A stretch of 64,000 bases of DNA, taken from the NCBI RefSeq assembly GCF_963921235.1, contig NC_086097.1, positions 146,880,001 through 146,944,000 on the forward strand. The letters run 5' to 3'. Made by a program: the position numbers and the translations under genes. Every line of letters begins with the position of its first letter. Position 1 is the stretch's first letter. Shown here one piece after another: positions 25,477 through 39,048 of the stretch. The notes under the pieces are model-generated. The model saw nothing but the letters and a program-made list of their open reading frames with translations, ran no database searches and was not told the origin of the DNA. The stretch comes from Mobula hypostoma (Eukaryota).

Positions 25477-26399
25477 CTTAAAAAAACATGATGGGTATAC
25501 TAGGAAGTTAAACTGCTGAATGAGAATTCTTGCAGAGAGGTGGGTTGGTACGTTCTAAGGCGATTTCTCAAATACAAACACAAAATGAGAACATAAAGTA
25601 TTGGAAATGCTCGGCAGGGGCATGCAAACTATGTGGAAAGGGGGGAAGAGTCACTGCTTCAGGTCAATGGCCTTTCACTATTCATTCTCATATTCTGCAC
25701 TTATTCATTTTTATTTGACGGTTCTTTTATTCGCATTTTTCCTTTCAACAATCTACTTTAATTGTCGGAAGACACAACAGACTGCTGGAAGAGCTCAACA
25801 GATCGAGCAGCATATGTTGGAGGGTGGTGTGGAGGAAAGGAATGGTTTTAGACCAAAATGTTGACAATTGATCCCCCTCCCCCGCCCCCCGCCACAGATG
25901 CTGCTCACTCACTAAGGTCCTCCAGCAGATTATTTCTTTAATTGTCAACCTTACATATTGATCTTTGAGGAATTAGATAGTAGAGAAGAGAAGACAAATG
26001 TCAGGTTTTCACTTTGGGCTCCACATTCAAGCTCAGATTTTGATAGCTGCTGCAAAAACCAGGGGCAGGGCACATGAAGTGAGAAATGAGAAACATGAGA
26101 CAGACTGGGGTATGGGAGGAAAGCATAATTGTCTCTCTGTTCAGTGCAAAACAGCTGGTTAACACTATTCCAGTGGCTACTGGAAACTACATGAAGCAAT
26201 AGAGAGTTCTGGCATACATGTGTTTAACCTGAGATCAGGTCATCCTCTGACACAGTGATTTGGTCCTGGCTGAAGGTCTACAGCTATGATAATGATGTAA
26301 TGTGTGCAGTTGATTAATGCGAGAACTAAATCAAACAGAAATAAGAAAATATACAAAGCAGGTATGATTCCCTAGTTCTGATACACAGATAACAGCCAG

Positions 26400-27730
26400 A
26401 GATTGCTGTAAATGATGAATAGAATGGGATGGAATTGTTCAATAAAATTAGTGATACTGTGCAAATTGTTTGGAGGTGTGGGTTGACAAATCCCCAGGTC
26501 CAGATGGACTTGGTGCAAATTTCTGGATTGGTTGGAGTAATGAGTGAGCCACAGGGATCACAGCTGAGACCTCATCATTCTATAATATACAGAAATGACT
26601 TGGATAAAGGTGCACTGTATCAGATCGATTGCTAAAATGCAGCAAGTGCATATGCAGCTAATTGATTGGGTGGTGGTCAATCAGTCCTCCTGCGTGTGGG
26701 CGACACTTTCTTTTGGGTGCAGGTTTTTGAGCACACAGGTACTTTGTCTCAGTGGACCCGACTTGTAGGTCCCACACTGCACCATTACTAACACGACTCA
26801 GTAAAAATGGTTAATCACACTACTCTTTCGTTCTTGATCCGCAGATATGTAACAAAAGGCACAAAGTTGCATGACTGCTAAGCTTACCATGACAAAGATA
26901 AAAGTAAGAACATATGTTCTGAAGAAGACATAAAGAAGATACAAAGGCTTGTGTGAAATAGCAAAGACAAAAGGGATATAACATGGGATAATGTGTAATT
27001 GTCTATTAAGGCATTGAAAACAGAAAAAAAAGCTGAGAGACTGTGGAGTTCTGAGATGTAGAGGGTTCTGTGTATTCTAGTGCATCATTTTGCAAAAGAG
27101 TACAATGCAGTTAACTACAAGCAATTACAAAAACTAACAGAGCGCCATTTCAGTTACCTAGGGACCATTTATGGGACACATATAGAACACTAGGACATTT
27201 ATTGCTTCAAGGAAGGGCATTTATGCACTGGAAGCAGGTCAGAGAAGGTTTACTAGATTAATACCTGGGTTGTCTCCTGAAGAATGATTAGACAGATTGT
27301 GCTTGCATCTATTTGCGCTCAGAGAAAATGAAGGGTGATTTCATTGAAAAATAGCATGCTGAAGTTTCTTGACATGATAATGTAGAGAAGATGGTTACTC
27401 TTAAGAGAATTGATACTAGGAGTCATTGTGTAATAGTAATGACTTGCATATTTAAGATGAAGATAAGACAGAGGCAAAATGGTTCCTCTAGACTGACTGT
27501 GAGTCTTTGAAACTCTTCTTCAAAGAGCCATTGAAGCATAGCTATTCAATATTACTAAGGCAGAGGTGGATAGATCTTCTATGTCTTCTAGACAGGTTAT
27601 TGATAGGTGAGGCGGTGAAAAACCATCATGGGTAAAGGGGAATGTGGGAGTTGAGACTGCAATCCAAGATGTTATTGGATGGCAGAGGAGATTTGAGGGA
27701 CCAAGTGGCCGGCTGGTATTCTTAATTTGC
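26400..27730 (+). mobile_element. Old degenerate CR1 LINE fragments
   Basis: Remnants of VMSEPQGSQL...IYRNDLD and later gaagcaggtcagagaaggtttactagattaatacctgg (EAVQRRFTRLIP-like). Confidence 0.6.
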
Positions 27731-27760
27731 ATATTCTCAAGTTAAAAACTTCAAAAATTA

Positions 27761-27860
27761 GCAACACAAACAAAATTCTGGAGGAACTCAGCAAGTCAGG
27801 CAGCATCTATAGGAATAAACAGTCAATGTGTTGGTCTATAACCCTTCTTCAGGACTAGAA
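27761..27860 (-). mobile_element. Decayed Penelope-derived terminal-repeat fragment
   Basis: Minus strand reads agtc-ctgaaga-agggttatagacc-aacacatt-gact, homologous to the hammerhead-bearing end but with the GAAA mutated. Confidence 0.6.
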
Positions 27861-28925
27861 ACAATAACTCTGCTTCTCTCTCCACAGATACTGCATGTGC
27901 TGCCAAGTATCTTTAGCTCTGAGTGTTAATATAGTTCAGATTTCTAGCATCAACAGCTTTTTGATTTTCTAGTAAAACAATGAAATGGTCTTCATGATTT
28001 ATTTGTTTTAAAGCAATGCCATTGCAGTAGCTACTTACATTGCTAACAACCTGTCTTTACTACAGGTGTCTACTGTAATGGTATTCTGGAGGTTGTAAGT
28101 GGTACAGATCGCAATTGCATTTGAAGTAAACGATTTGGGATTAAATGGGAGAATACATCTCATTTGGGTTTGGGGTAATAATATTGACATGAAATTGTAT
28201 GTTTGTGTCCAACTACATAGGGAACACTGATGTAACAGCTCAGTCTCCCTCAGTAGGTACTTTAGTTCAGCTTGCAACGTGAATGCAAACTGATACTGTA
28301 CCTAAATAAAATCAATGTAGACATTTCAGATTTCATAGCTATCAGGTAAGTCATTACCCTGAAGAATAGAAATGCATGAATGAAGTGATGCAGGAATATA
28401 CTTAATCACTGCAGATGAGGCTTATAGCTACTAGCATGCAAGAGACTCCATCTATCCACTGTGTGGAAAGCTCTGTTCCAGGTCTCTGAGGAATATTTTT
28501 GCAGAATTAATTAGGTGACAAGCTCAGTAGAAGTTGATTATTTTCTCTAGTAGAGTGATGAAAAATGAAGGAACAAAGGCTTAACGTTTCATCTAAGTTG
28601 GTTACAAATAAATGCATAAGAGAATCTTCACACAGAGTTATATAGTTTGCAATAATATAGCAAACCTTGGATGCAGAAACAATTGATTTGCTTAGAGAAA
28701 TGGTGGTTACTAATGGGAAATGAGAAATTTAAGGTATGCAAAGAATTTTACAGTAGGCAACAAAAAGCAAGACACATTGAATGAAATGAATTTATACACT
28801 TGTGGTCTATTTTCTAATGTTGTTGTTAGTCAGTCAGGTCAGGGTGGCTGCCCAATGGCAAAATTCCAGTATACTTTGTTAGCTATAAATAAAATAATGT
28901 TAGGTTCACAGTGAATGTTACATAC

Positions 28926-29032
28926 CTTAAGCACAAGAAGAGTATAAAGGCAATTATTAGGACTCCAGTAGAGACAGAGTGACCCACATAGTTGATTATA
29001 AGGGCTATCTTATAGTGGATTTCTTGTGTTTT
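28926..29032 (-). CDS. CRHR2: CRH receptor exon (107 nt), TM1: KTQEIHYKIALIINYVGHSVSTGVLIIAFILFLCL(R)
   Basis: tttatttcag|AAAAC...CTTAAG|gtatgt. The phase 0/2 ends fit both neighbouring exons, and the HY..A.IINY.GH motif is present. Confidence 0.93.
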
Positions 29033-31156
29033 CTGAAATAAAATGTAAAAGAAAACTTACTTTGTTCTTATTTCTTCATGAAGTCCTTGCCCACTTTGTA
29101 ATTATTTGAAGTAATCAGACCTTTACATACTGTTAAATTGAAATAGAACTGGACCGTGACCGATTTGGACAAGTAAGAAACCAGCACACTAAAGCCCAGG
29201 AGTTAACTCTAGGGAATTAAATACTTAGATTCTGAATTTTGCTAACCTAGAATTCTTCATGTCCCTGACTGGCCATGATGGAATGGTAAGCAATTGTAAA
29301 TTAAGTAAGTGGGAAGGCAGGGGTTGTCCCATTGTTCAGTGGTTTGGCAGAAACTCTTGCAATATGCCTTGCTTCATAAACACTCCCTGACCATGCTGAT
29401 CTCCTGATGGAGATTGGCAGTCTCTACAACCAACAAATCTCATATCACACTGGTCTCATGAATAGGGTCATGAGAGGTGCCATCAGTCATGCTGGTAATA
29501 TCAGCGTTAAAATGTACACTTACAAGAAAATATTTTTCTCAAGTGTAGGAGCAGTCAAAAGGTGTATTAGAGTGCTGCCAACCTGTTCACGTTTGTCATT
29601 TCCATCGGCAAAAGCTGTATTAATTCAATGTTGGAAATGAACAAAACCTGACATAAGCATCTCTTAATGAACTGAGTAGTGGCTGTATTTCAAGCAGAAA
29701 CAAATAATCTGTTTAGCTTTTTGGTGTCACTTGAACATTTTCTCTAGGAAATAACAGAACCCTGGCAACATACATCTGTTGTTCCTTGATAAACAGTTGA
29801 TGAAGGAGGGGTATACTGAACATTTATCAAAGCATTTGACAATGTTATATTAGTAATAAAAACAAGATACAACTTGTTCATATTATTTTGTTAACATGTG
29901 CAGTTTTTTTTCAGGTAGTAGTCATAACTAACTTATTGATGCTTAATGACCAGTGACCAACCGAAACGCTATATAACAGTAATAAAGTTGGGTCAGGGTA
30001 AAGAACAATGATGACTTCACTCACTGAATGAATGTACGCAGCTCATACTTAGCAGGTGGACAAATATTAGGTGTTATTCTGTGTGATAGGGGCTAAAAGA
30101 TAAAGTACATAAATAAAAGCATGTTCACCTTTCTCCTACCACCCTTGTCCCAGAGTCAGACAGAGAACCCTGCTTGTTCCTGGGATCTCACTCATGCAAA
30201 GGCTTCAAGTGCAGGTGTGCTGAATAGTCTTGCCAGAGCCTGGTTTCCTACACTGGAGGTTGCCTGCTGAGGCAAAAGCCAGGGGATTCTTGCCCATTAC
30301 TGGAGCAAGTCTGTTTTGTGCCATTCAGCAACTGGGCCTTGCACTTTCCAAGCTAAAATGAGGCTAATTCATTGGCAGCAAATGTGATTAAAATGGATAG
30401 AGGTCAGTAAAACATCAAGAAAACTTACAAAGAAACTTAATTTGTGAGACTAGATTCCTTCTCAGATTACTTTTTTCTTCTGTTGAATCCTCATTATGTG
30501 AGCCAAATTATTCAACTTTAGTACTGCATTTACTCAGTCCAAGTCCTCCACTTCATCTTTGCTGTCTACTATCTTGTTTTTGCTATACTTTGCCCTGACC
30601 TCTGCCGGAGTCTCTTCTATGTATCACCAACTATGTTTATTTCTACATTTATCCATTTTCTGGATGTTAATGTTACTAGCAATATTGGCATTCTGTGTCT
30701 ATCAAGTTTCTCTTAAAAGTTGCTGGCAGGCATCTTCTTGATCTGTTCCTTCCGTGTGTGTTAGAATTACATTGTTTAAATCGATTATACAATGATGAGC
30801 TCATTTCCATTCTTTAAACAAGGACATTTACTGGCTCTACTGACCTTATTAAATATAACACCCAAATGAATAGTGATCACACAATGAAAATGTTTAACAG
30901 AACATGTGAATATAAAATATTCAAGACCAGCCCCAAGACATATACGTAAATTTAAAAGATTAGATAAAAAACCAAACAAAACTAAATATTTTGAAGATTG
31001 TAACACCATTTCAATGGAAGGCAACTGAAATACCTTTCAAGGTATAATGCTAATTCTGCAAAAGAAACACAATCCCTTCACCAATGAATTATAAGTTCAT
31101 CTAGACAAACATGACCCGTAAAAATTCTAAAAGAAGGTGAGGTATGCATTGCTATA

Positions 31157-31623
31157 CACCCAGTGGCTACATTATTAGTATACCTGTACAGCTGCATGTT
31201 AATGCAAATATCTAATCAGCCAATCATGTGGCAACAAATCAATGCATAAAGGCATGCAGACATGATCAAGAAGTTCATTTGTTGTTCAGACCTAACATCA
31301 TAATGGAGAAGAAATGTGAACTAAGCGATTTTGACCATAAAATGATTGTTGGTGCCAGACGGGGGTGGTTTGAGAGTCTCAGAAACTGCTGATTTCATGG
31401 AATATTCTCGCACACTAGCCTCTAGAATTTACAGAGAATAGTGTGTGAAAAAAAAATCCAGTGAGCGGCAGTTCTGTTACGACAGTGATCTGGAAAAGAG
31501 CATCTCTGAACGCATGTGTTGAACCTTGGAGTGGATGGGCTTCTGCAGCAAAAGACCACAGATATACACTCAATAGTCACTTTATTAGTTACAGGAGGTA
31601 CCTAATAAAGTAGCCACTGAGTG
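31157..31623 (+). mobile_element. Tc1/mariner-type non-autonomous DNA transposon
   Basis: TA flanks and TIR cac(c/t)cagtggc.ac.ttattag. The internal remnant atggagaagaaatgtgaactaagcgattttgaccataaaatgattgttggtgccaga encodes MEKKCELSDFDHKMIVGAR, like a Tc1 transposase N-terminus. Confidence 0.8.
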
Positions 31624-32392
31624 TAAATATAAGCCAATCAAGAAATATTTTAAAAGCATGCCAAGCACAGGCCAAGACAACAATTGCAACTGAGGCTAAG
31701 CATTACCGTAAAACTGATTTTTCAGATGATAGCCCTGAGTGATTACTGAGAACTACCAACTCTCCAAGTATTCACAAGACAAGACATAAAGAAAAAGCCC
31801 CATTTAAAGATAAATAGAACAGTACAGCACAGGAACAGGCCATTCTGCACACAATGTTGTGCCAAAACAGATAAAAAGCAAATCAAAAACACCCAAACAC
31901 TAATCCCTCCAACCTACACAATGTCCATATCCCTCCATTATCCTTACATCCATGTTCCTACCCAAACGTCTCTTAAAAACCTCTAATGTATTTGCCTCTA
32001 CCACCATAGCAGGCAGCACATTCCAGGCATCCTCCACTCTGAATGAAAGAACTTACCCCTCACATCTGCCTTGAACCTACTCTTTCAATGCATGTCCTCT
32101 GATATTACTCATTTCAACCCTGGGAAACAAATACTCCTGTTTTATCTACCTATGCCTCTCATAATCTTATAAACCTCCATCAGATCTCCCCTCAGCCTCC
32201 ACCGTTCCAGAGAAAGCAACCAAAGTTTATCCAGCCATTCATGATAACACATGCCCTCTAAACCAGACAGCATCCTGGTAAACCTCATCTGCACCCTCTC
32301 CAAAGCTTCAACATTCTTCCTATTGTGGAGTGACCAGAACTGTATGGAATACCCCCGATGTGGCCTAACCAGGGCTTCATAATATAACCTCC

Positions 32393-35055
32393 TGTGTTAG
32401 GGAATGAGATAGGTCAGGTGACAGAGGTTTGTGTTGGGGAGCACTTCGGGTCCAGTGATCATAGTACTATTAGTTTCAATATAACTATGGAGAAGGATAG
32501 GTCTGGACCCAGGGTTGAGATTTTTTATTGGAGAAAGGCTAACTTTGAGGAGATGTGAAAGGATTTAGAAGGAGTGGATTGGGACAATTTGTTTTATGGG
32601 AAGAATGTAAAAGAGAAATGGAGGTCATTTAAAGGTGAAATTTTGAGAGTACAGAATCTTTATGTTCCTGTTAGGTTGAAAGGAAAGGTTAAAAGTTTGA
32701 GAGAGCCATGGTTTTCAAGGAATATTGGAAACTTGGTTCGGAAAAAGAGAGATATCTACAATAAATATAGGCAGCACGGAGTAAATGAGGTGCTTGAGGA
32801 ACATAAGGAATGTAAAAAGAATCTTAAGAAAGAAATTAGAAAAGCTAAAAGAAGATATGAGGTTGCTTTGGCAAGTAAGGTGAAAATAAATGATAGAGGT
32901 GTACAAGGTAATAAGAGGAATAGATAGAGTGGATAGCCAGCGCCTCTTCCCCAGGGCACCACTGCTCAATACAAGAGGACATGGCTTTAAGGTAAGGGGT
33001 GGGAAGTTCAAGGGGGATATTAGAGGAAGGTTTTTTACTCAGAGAGTGGTTGGTGCGTGGAATGCACTGCCTGAGTCAGTGGTGGAGGCGGTACACTAGT
33101 GAAGTTTAAGAGACTACTGGACAGGTATATGGAGGAATCCAAGGTGGGGGCTTATATGGAGGCAGGGTTTGAGGGTCGGCACAACATTGTGGGCCGAAGG
33201 GCCTGTACTGTGCTGTACTATTCTATCTAAATCCCAAGGGTTTCTACCATTATATTAATAGCAAAAGGATAGTGAGGGATAAAATTGGTCCCTTGGAGAA
33301 TCAGAGTAAACAGCTATATGTGGAGCCAAAAGAGATGGGGGAGATTCTGAACAATTTCTTTTCTTTGGTATTCACTAAGGAGAGGATATTGAATTGTGTA
33401 AGATAAGGGAAACAGGTAGGGAAGTTAAGGAAACTATGATGATTAAAGAAGAGGAAGTACTAGAGCTTTTAAGGAATATAAAGGTGGATAAGTCTCCGGG
33501 TCCTGACAGGATATTCCCTAGGACTTTGAGGGAAGTTAGTGTGGAAATAGCAGGGGCTCTGACAGAAATATTTCAAATGTCATTAGAAACGGGGATGGTG
33601 CCATAGGATTGGTGTATTGCTCATGTTGTTCCATTGTTTAAAAAGGGTTCTAAGACTAAATTTAGCAATTATTGGCCTGTGAGTTTGACATCAGTGATTG
33701 GTAAATTGATGGAAAGTCTTCTTAGAGATGGTATATATAATGACCTGGATATACAGGGTATGATTAGGAACAGTCAACATGGATTTGTACGTGGAAGGTC
33801 ATGTTTGACAAATCTTACTGAATTTTTTGAAGACGTTACTAGGAGAGTTGACGAGGGTGAAGCGATGGATGTTGTCTATATGGACTTCAGTAAGGCCTTT
33901 GACAAGGTCCCACATGGAAGGTTGGTTAGGAAGGTTCAATCGTTAGGTACTAATATTGAAGTAGTAAAATGGATTCAGCAGTGGCTGGATGGGAGACACC
34001 AGAGAGTGGTGGTGGATAACTGTTTGTCAGATTGGAGGCCGGTGACTGGTCGTGTACCTCAGGGATCTGAACTGGGTCCAATGTTATTTGTCATATACAT
34101 TAATGATCTGGATGATGGGGTGGTAAATTGGATGAGGAAGTATGCATATAATACTAAGATAGGTGGAGTAGTGGATAATGAAGTAGGTTTTCAAAGCTTG
34201 CAAAGAGATTTAGGCCAGTTAGAAGAGGGGGCAAAAAGATGGCAGATGGAGTTTAATGCTGATAAATGTGAGGTGCTACATTTTGGTAGGACTAATCAAA
34301 ATAGGACATACATGGTAAATGGTAGAGCATTAAAGAATGCAGTAGAACAGAGGGATCTAGGACTAATGGTGCATAGTTCCCTGAAGGTGGAATCTCATGT
34401 GGATAGGGTGGTGAAGAAAGCTTTTAGTATGCTGGCCTTTATAAATCAGACAATTGAGTATAGGAGTTGGGATGTAATGTAATGTTGAAGTTGTACAAGG
34501 CCAAATTTGAAGTATTGTGTACAGTTTTGGTCACCGAATTATAGGAAAGATGTCAACAAAATAGAGCGAGTACAGAAAACATTTACTAGAATGTTACTAG
34601 GGTTTCATCACCTAAGTTACAGAGAAAGGTTGAACAATTTGGGTCTTTATTCTTTGGAACGTAGAAGGTTGAGGGCGGACTTGATAGAGGTATTTAAAAT
34701 TATGAGGGGGATAGATAGAGTTAAAGTGGATAGGCTTTTTCCATTGAGAGTGGGGGAGATTCAAACAAGAGGACATGAGTTGAGAGTTAAAGGTCGAAAG
34801 TTTAGGGGTAACATGAGGGGGAACTTCTTTACTCAGAGAGTGGTGGCTGTGTGGAACGAGCTTCCAGCAGAAGTGGTTGAAGCAGGTTCGATGTTGTCAT
34901 TTAAAGTTAAATTGGACAGCTAAATGGACAGGAAAGGAATGGGGGGTTATGGGCTGAGTGCAGGTCAGTGGGACTAGGTGAGAGTAAGAGTTTGGCACGG
35001 ACTAGAAGGGCTGAGATGGCCTGTTTCCATGCTGTAATTGTTATATGGTTATATA
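32393..35055 (+). mobile_element. CR1 LINE, about 2.3 kb of ORF2 to the 3' tail, containing a nested CR1 3' fragment
   Basis: ORFs 32574, 33394, 33634 (NYWPVSLTS, VYMDFSKAFDKVPH, VPQGSELGP) and 34507; tail gttatatggttatat. Confidence 0.92.
32892..33227 (+). mobile_element. Short CR1 3' fragment nested in a CR1
   Basis: IEVYKVIRGIDRV...FFTQRVVGAWNALP, flanked by taaat at 32887-32891 and 33228-33232. The host reads ASKVKIN|PKGF across the insert. Confidence 0.85.
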
Positions 35056-38000
35056 TAAATTCCATCTGCCACTTCTCTGTCCATATCTGCAACTGATGTA
35101 CATCACCCTGTATCGTTTGCCAGTTACCTACACTACCCACAGCTCCACCAATTATTCGCAGACTTATTAACCCAGAATCCACATTTTCATCCAGGTCAAT
35201 TACATACATCATAAATGGCAGAGTTCCCAGCACAAGTCCAAGAGGAACATCAATACTTACAGACCTCCTGCTCAAATAAGTCTCTTCTACCACAACCTGC
35301 TGTCTTCTATGTGCAAGTCATTTCTGATTCCAAATGGCGATTTCACTGTGGACCCCATGCATCTTAATCTCCTGGATTAGCCTCCCATAAGGGACTTTGT
35401 CAAACACCTTACTAAAATCCATGTGGACAACGTCCACTGCCCTATCCCCACTGATCTCTCTCATCGCCTTGTCAAAAAACTCTATTAAGTTGGTAAGACA
35501 TGACCTGCGCCTCACAAAGCCATGCTGTCTCTCTCTAATTAGGCCATGAGTTTCCAAATGCTTATATATCCTATACCTAAGAATTGTCTCCAGCAGTTTG
35601 TCTGCAACTAATGTGAGACTCACTGGTCTATAGTTCTCATGACTTTCCTTTGTTCCCTTCTTAAACAGAGGTGCAACATTAGCCACTTGCCAGTCCTCCA
35701 AGACCATGCCCATGGCTAAAGAGGACACGAAGATACTGGTCAAAGGCCCAGCAATCTTGTCTCTTTCCTCCTTCAATAACCTGGTGTAAAACCCATCAGG
35801 ACCTGGGGATTTATTCACCTTAATATTCATAAGGAGGCCCAACACTTCCTCCTCCTTGATCTCTAAATGCCAAAACGAATCTATACATTCAGCACTGATC
35901 TCCTTGTACTCCATATCCTTTTTCTTGGTAAATACTGAAGCAAAGTACTCATTAAGTACCTCACTCAAATTCTCCTCATCCAAGCAAATCTTCCCCCCTC
36001 TATCCTTGAGTGGTCCCACCCTCTCCCTAATTTTGCTCTTGATGTACGTAAGGGAAATCTTGGGACTTTCCTTAATCCTACTTGACAAGGACTTTTCATG
36101 GCTCCTCCTGGATTTCTTAATTCCCTTCTTTTGTTCTTTTCTAGCTTTGTTATGCTCTTCATGTGATTCATTTGATCCTAACTTCTGAAGCTTTACATAC
36201 TTTTCCTTTTTCATCTTGACCAAATTCATCACTTCTCTGGACATCTAAGGTTCTCTTATCTTTCCATCTCTTCTAACAGGAACACACCTTTCCTGTACTC
36301 TGTGCAATTGATCTTTAAACACCCTCCACATGTTTAATGTGGATATGCCAGAACAAAAGGTGCTCCCAATTAACTCTTCTTAGTCCCTGCCTAACGCCCT
36401 TGTAACTTGCCCTACTCCAATTTAAAACTCTCCTACAAGGACCATACCTATCCTTACCTATAGCTAAGTTTGATTGAATCAATCATTTCACTTGATAAGT
36501 TGGAAGACTAAGAAAATGTAAAGGACTAAAACCAAATCTGGCCCAATGGGAAGGAAGATTCATATCTGAGGCTTGAGCAGGACTAAGGAGGAAGTTTAGT
36601 GAGGCCCTGATAAATATTATGCAAAAGTGAATATCCTCTGTGTCAAATGTTTGTTTTTAAAAAGAATGACAAAATGGACACTAGCCCAATTATCTTACTT
36701 CCATTGTGGGTAAAATAATAATCAACATTGTTTTAACATTTAAAGTAAATGTTTCAATGGAGTCTTAAACTAAAATAAATTGACTGGGGCTCACATGATA
36801 AGCATGCAAGTACTAGCTGAACGTTAATGGATCCCGAGATAGAAGGCTATTTTTCTGCAAGTATGAGCAGGCTGGTTGGATTTTCTATTGTAATCTGCAG
36901 ATCCCTTTGGCAGCAGTAACTTGAAGGACTTCAGCCGTCATTTTGTTAATTGAAGTAGATTGATGTTAATACTTTTTCGAAGCTGCTATTTTCACTTTAC
37001 TGGGTGGGGGGTTACAATTTTGGAACTCAATTCATTGAATAATTAGACATTAGACACTACGGTGCAGAGGCCATCATAGGCAGGCTATCAAGTCAGCATC
37101 AAATATCACAGTATGGAGATGAATCTCTGAAATTCTCTCCCTTAGGGGATTCTGGAGTCAAGATCACTGGTCGTACTTTAAGTAGATACATTTTTTGAAA
37201 GACTGTGGAATTCAGGCCAATGAAACCTGTGCAGGCCAGCCTCAGTGGGGGCAGGCTTGAAGGGACAGTTGCCCTATTCCTACTCTGAGTTCCTTGTGCT
37301 CCTGTTTAATAATTTACACCCCTATTATGGACTAGCAAACACATACAATAGAGTCTAAATGCATCTGTCCCTCCCAGCCTCTAACAGACAATGTCAAAGA
37401 TGAATGTCCAAATTCATAAAATTATTAATTACTTCAAATAAGATTATTTATGATGTTGTATTAAGTACAAATAATCAGATATAAGTTAGTTGTGTGGTTA
37501 TTAGTTTAAAATATTTGCTCAGAAACAGATACCTTGCACTTACATTGTGACATTCTTTTATAACTACTGAGCTACCTGCATGCGTATTTGCATTTGCATA
37601 TTTACATCTGTCTATGTATGTCTCTGTGTATACTGTATGCATGTTTTTGCTTGCATATATTATCATAAGAGTGTAGAATTTGTTTTTTGCACTTAGATTA
37701 TCTGTTCAGCTACCTCTTTCAAATTAAGTCAATTTTAATTATCATTCAAGCCATTTATAGATACAGCTGAATGAGACAGCATTCCTCTGACACCAAAGTG
37801 CAAAATATTTAAAATAGCAAGCAAACATTCAAAAATAGCGAGTAACATAATTCAAAATATTGAGCAAAGAAGCATATTCACTTGAAAAAAAACATATATA
37901 GTCTAAAACCCTGAGCAACTCTGACCCTGTGAGGGCAGCACTGATGGCTGAGGCTAGGCCCCAGCTGAGCTCAATCACACCGTAGCACTTCCACATCTCT

Positions 38001-39048
38001 CACCTGGTCTGCAGCAGCAGGCCAGCCTGAGGATTGAGGCCTAGTTCTCGTTACAACTGAGGATACACATCAGTAGCCCATCAAGCTTATTTTTTTCCCC
38101 TTAGGAATTCCCTAATTAAGCCCCAGTTTGCATCTTTGTCCCGTTTCTCTCCTATTTTCCCTTCGTGATTTTTAGAAATGACCAAGGTGATGAGATAGGA
38201 AGACATGATCCCTATACTTGTCAGTAACAGAAACATAAGTAGTGTTTTTAATAGTGTAAATGGAAGTATTGAATTACAAAGAATTAATTGAGTAAATGGA
38301 CAGGAATATGAACTGTGCATTTTACTGTAAGCATGCATAAGAGTGAGAAAGAGAGCAAGTGATTGAGAAACAAAACAACTCATTTATCCAGCACAAAGAC
38401 AGACAGATGTTAAAAGTGTTGTGCCCTCTGTTATTGTGATCTTGTTATCACTGGGTTTGTTAAGCTGCTACCTGACAGAAATTGTCCAGCATTGTGAAGT
38501 ATATTAATAGTTCTGTCGCTCTTTTCTGCCAACTGATTATGTTGTCATTGCCATTCTTTAGTGAAATGATGTACACTTATATTTTAAAAATGAGATCTCT
38601 TATGTTAAAAATAACAGAAACTGTAGAAACATGTAATAAATGGCACTAAGCTGCAGGGGAAGTGCTTTTTGAATATACTAGATGATGAATTTGCAGATCA
38701 TCTAAAAAAATAATATTGTAGCACTGCTTACAAAACATGTCAGAATATCAATCCTTGCTTAATATCAGTCTCTGGACTGGACTAGGTATTACAACTCAGA
38801 CTCAGATAGGAAAGTGTTAAGGACAGACAAAAGATGTAGCACAATTACTCATGTAATTTCAATGTTAACGTCAAATTCTGAAATTACTCTAAAATCACAT
38901 TTACGTTTACCATACTAACCATTCTAATGGGATCAATCTTGCAATGAGTCAGGTGATTTTAAATTCACATGGTACTTTCACCATTTGTTCTACTAGCATA
39001 ATGGTTACCATGGTCACCATTTTCTAGCCAGTCAGTCAAATAGACATA

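Larger units (their letters stand above)
31812..36465 (-). mobile_element. CR1 LINE host (pieces 31812-32392 and about 35057-36465) split by an opposite-strand CR1
   Basis: ORF 35318-36244 KSPGPDGFYTRLLKE...ENYRPVSLT...QHGFVRRRSCLTNLIEFF. The 3' end lies at 31812-32390. Confidence 0.85.
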
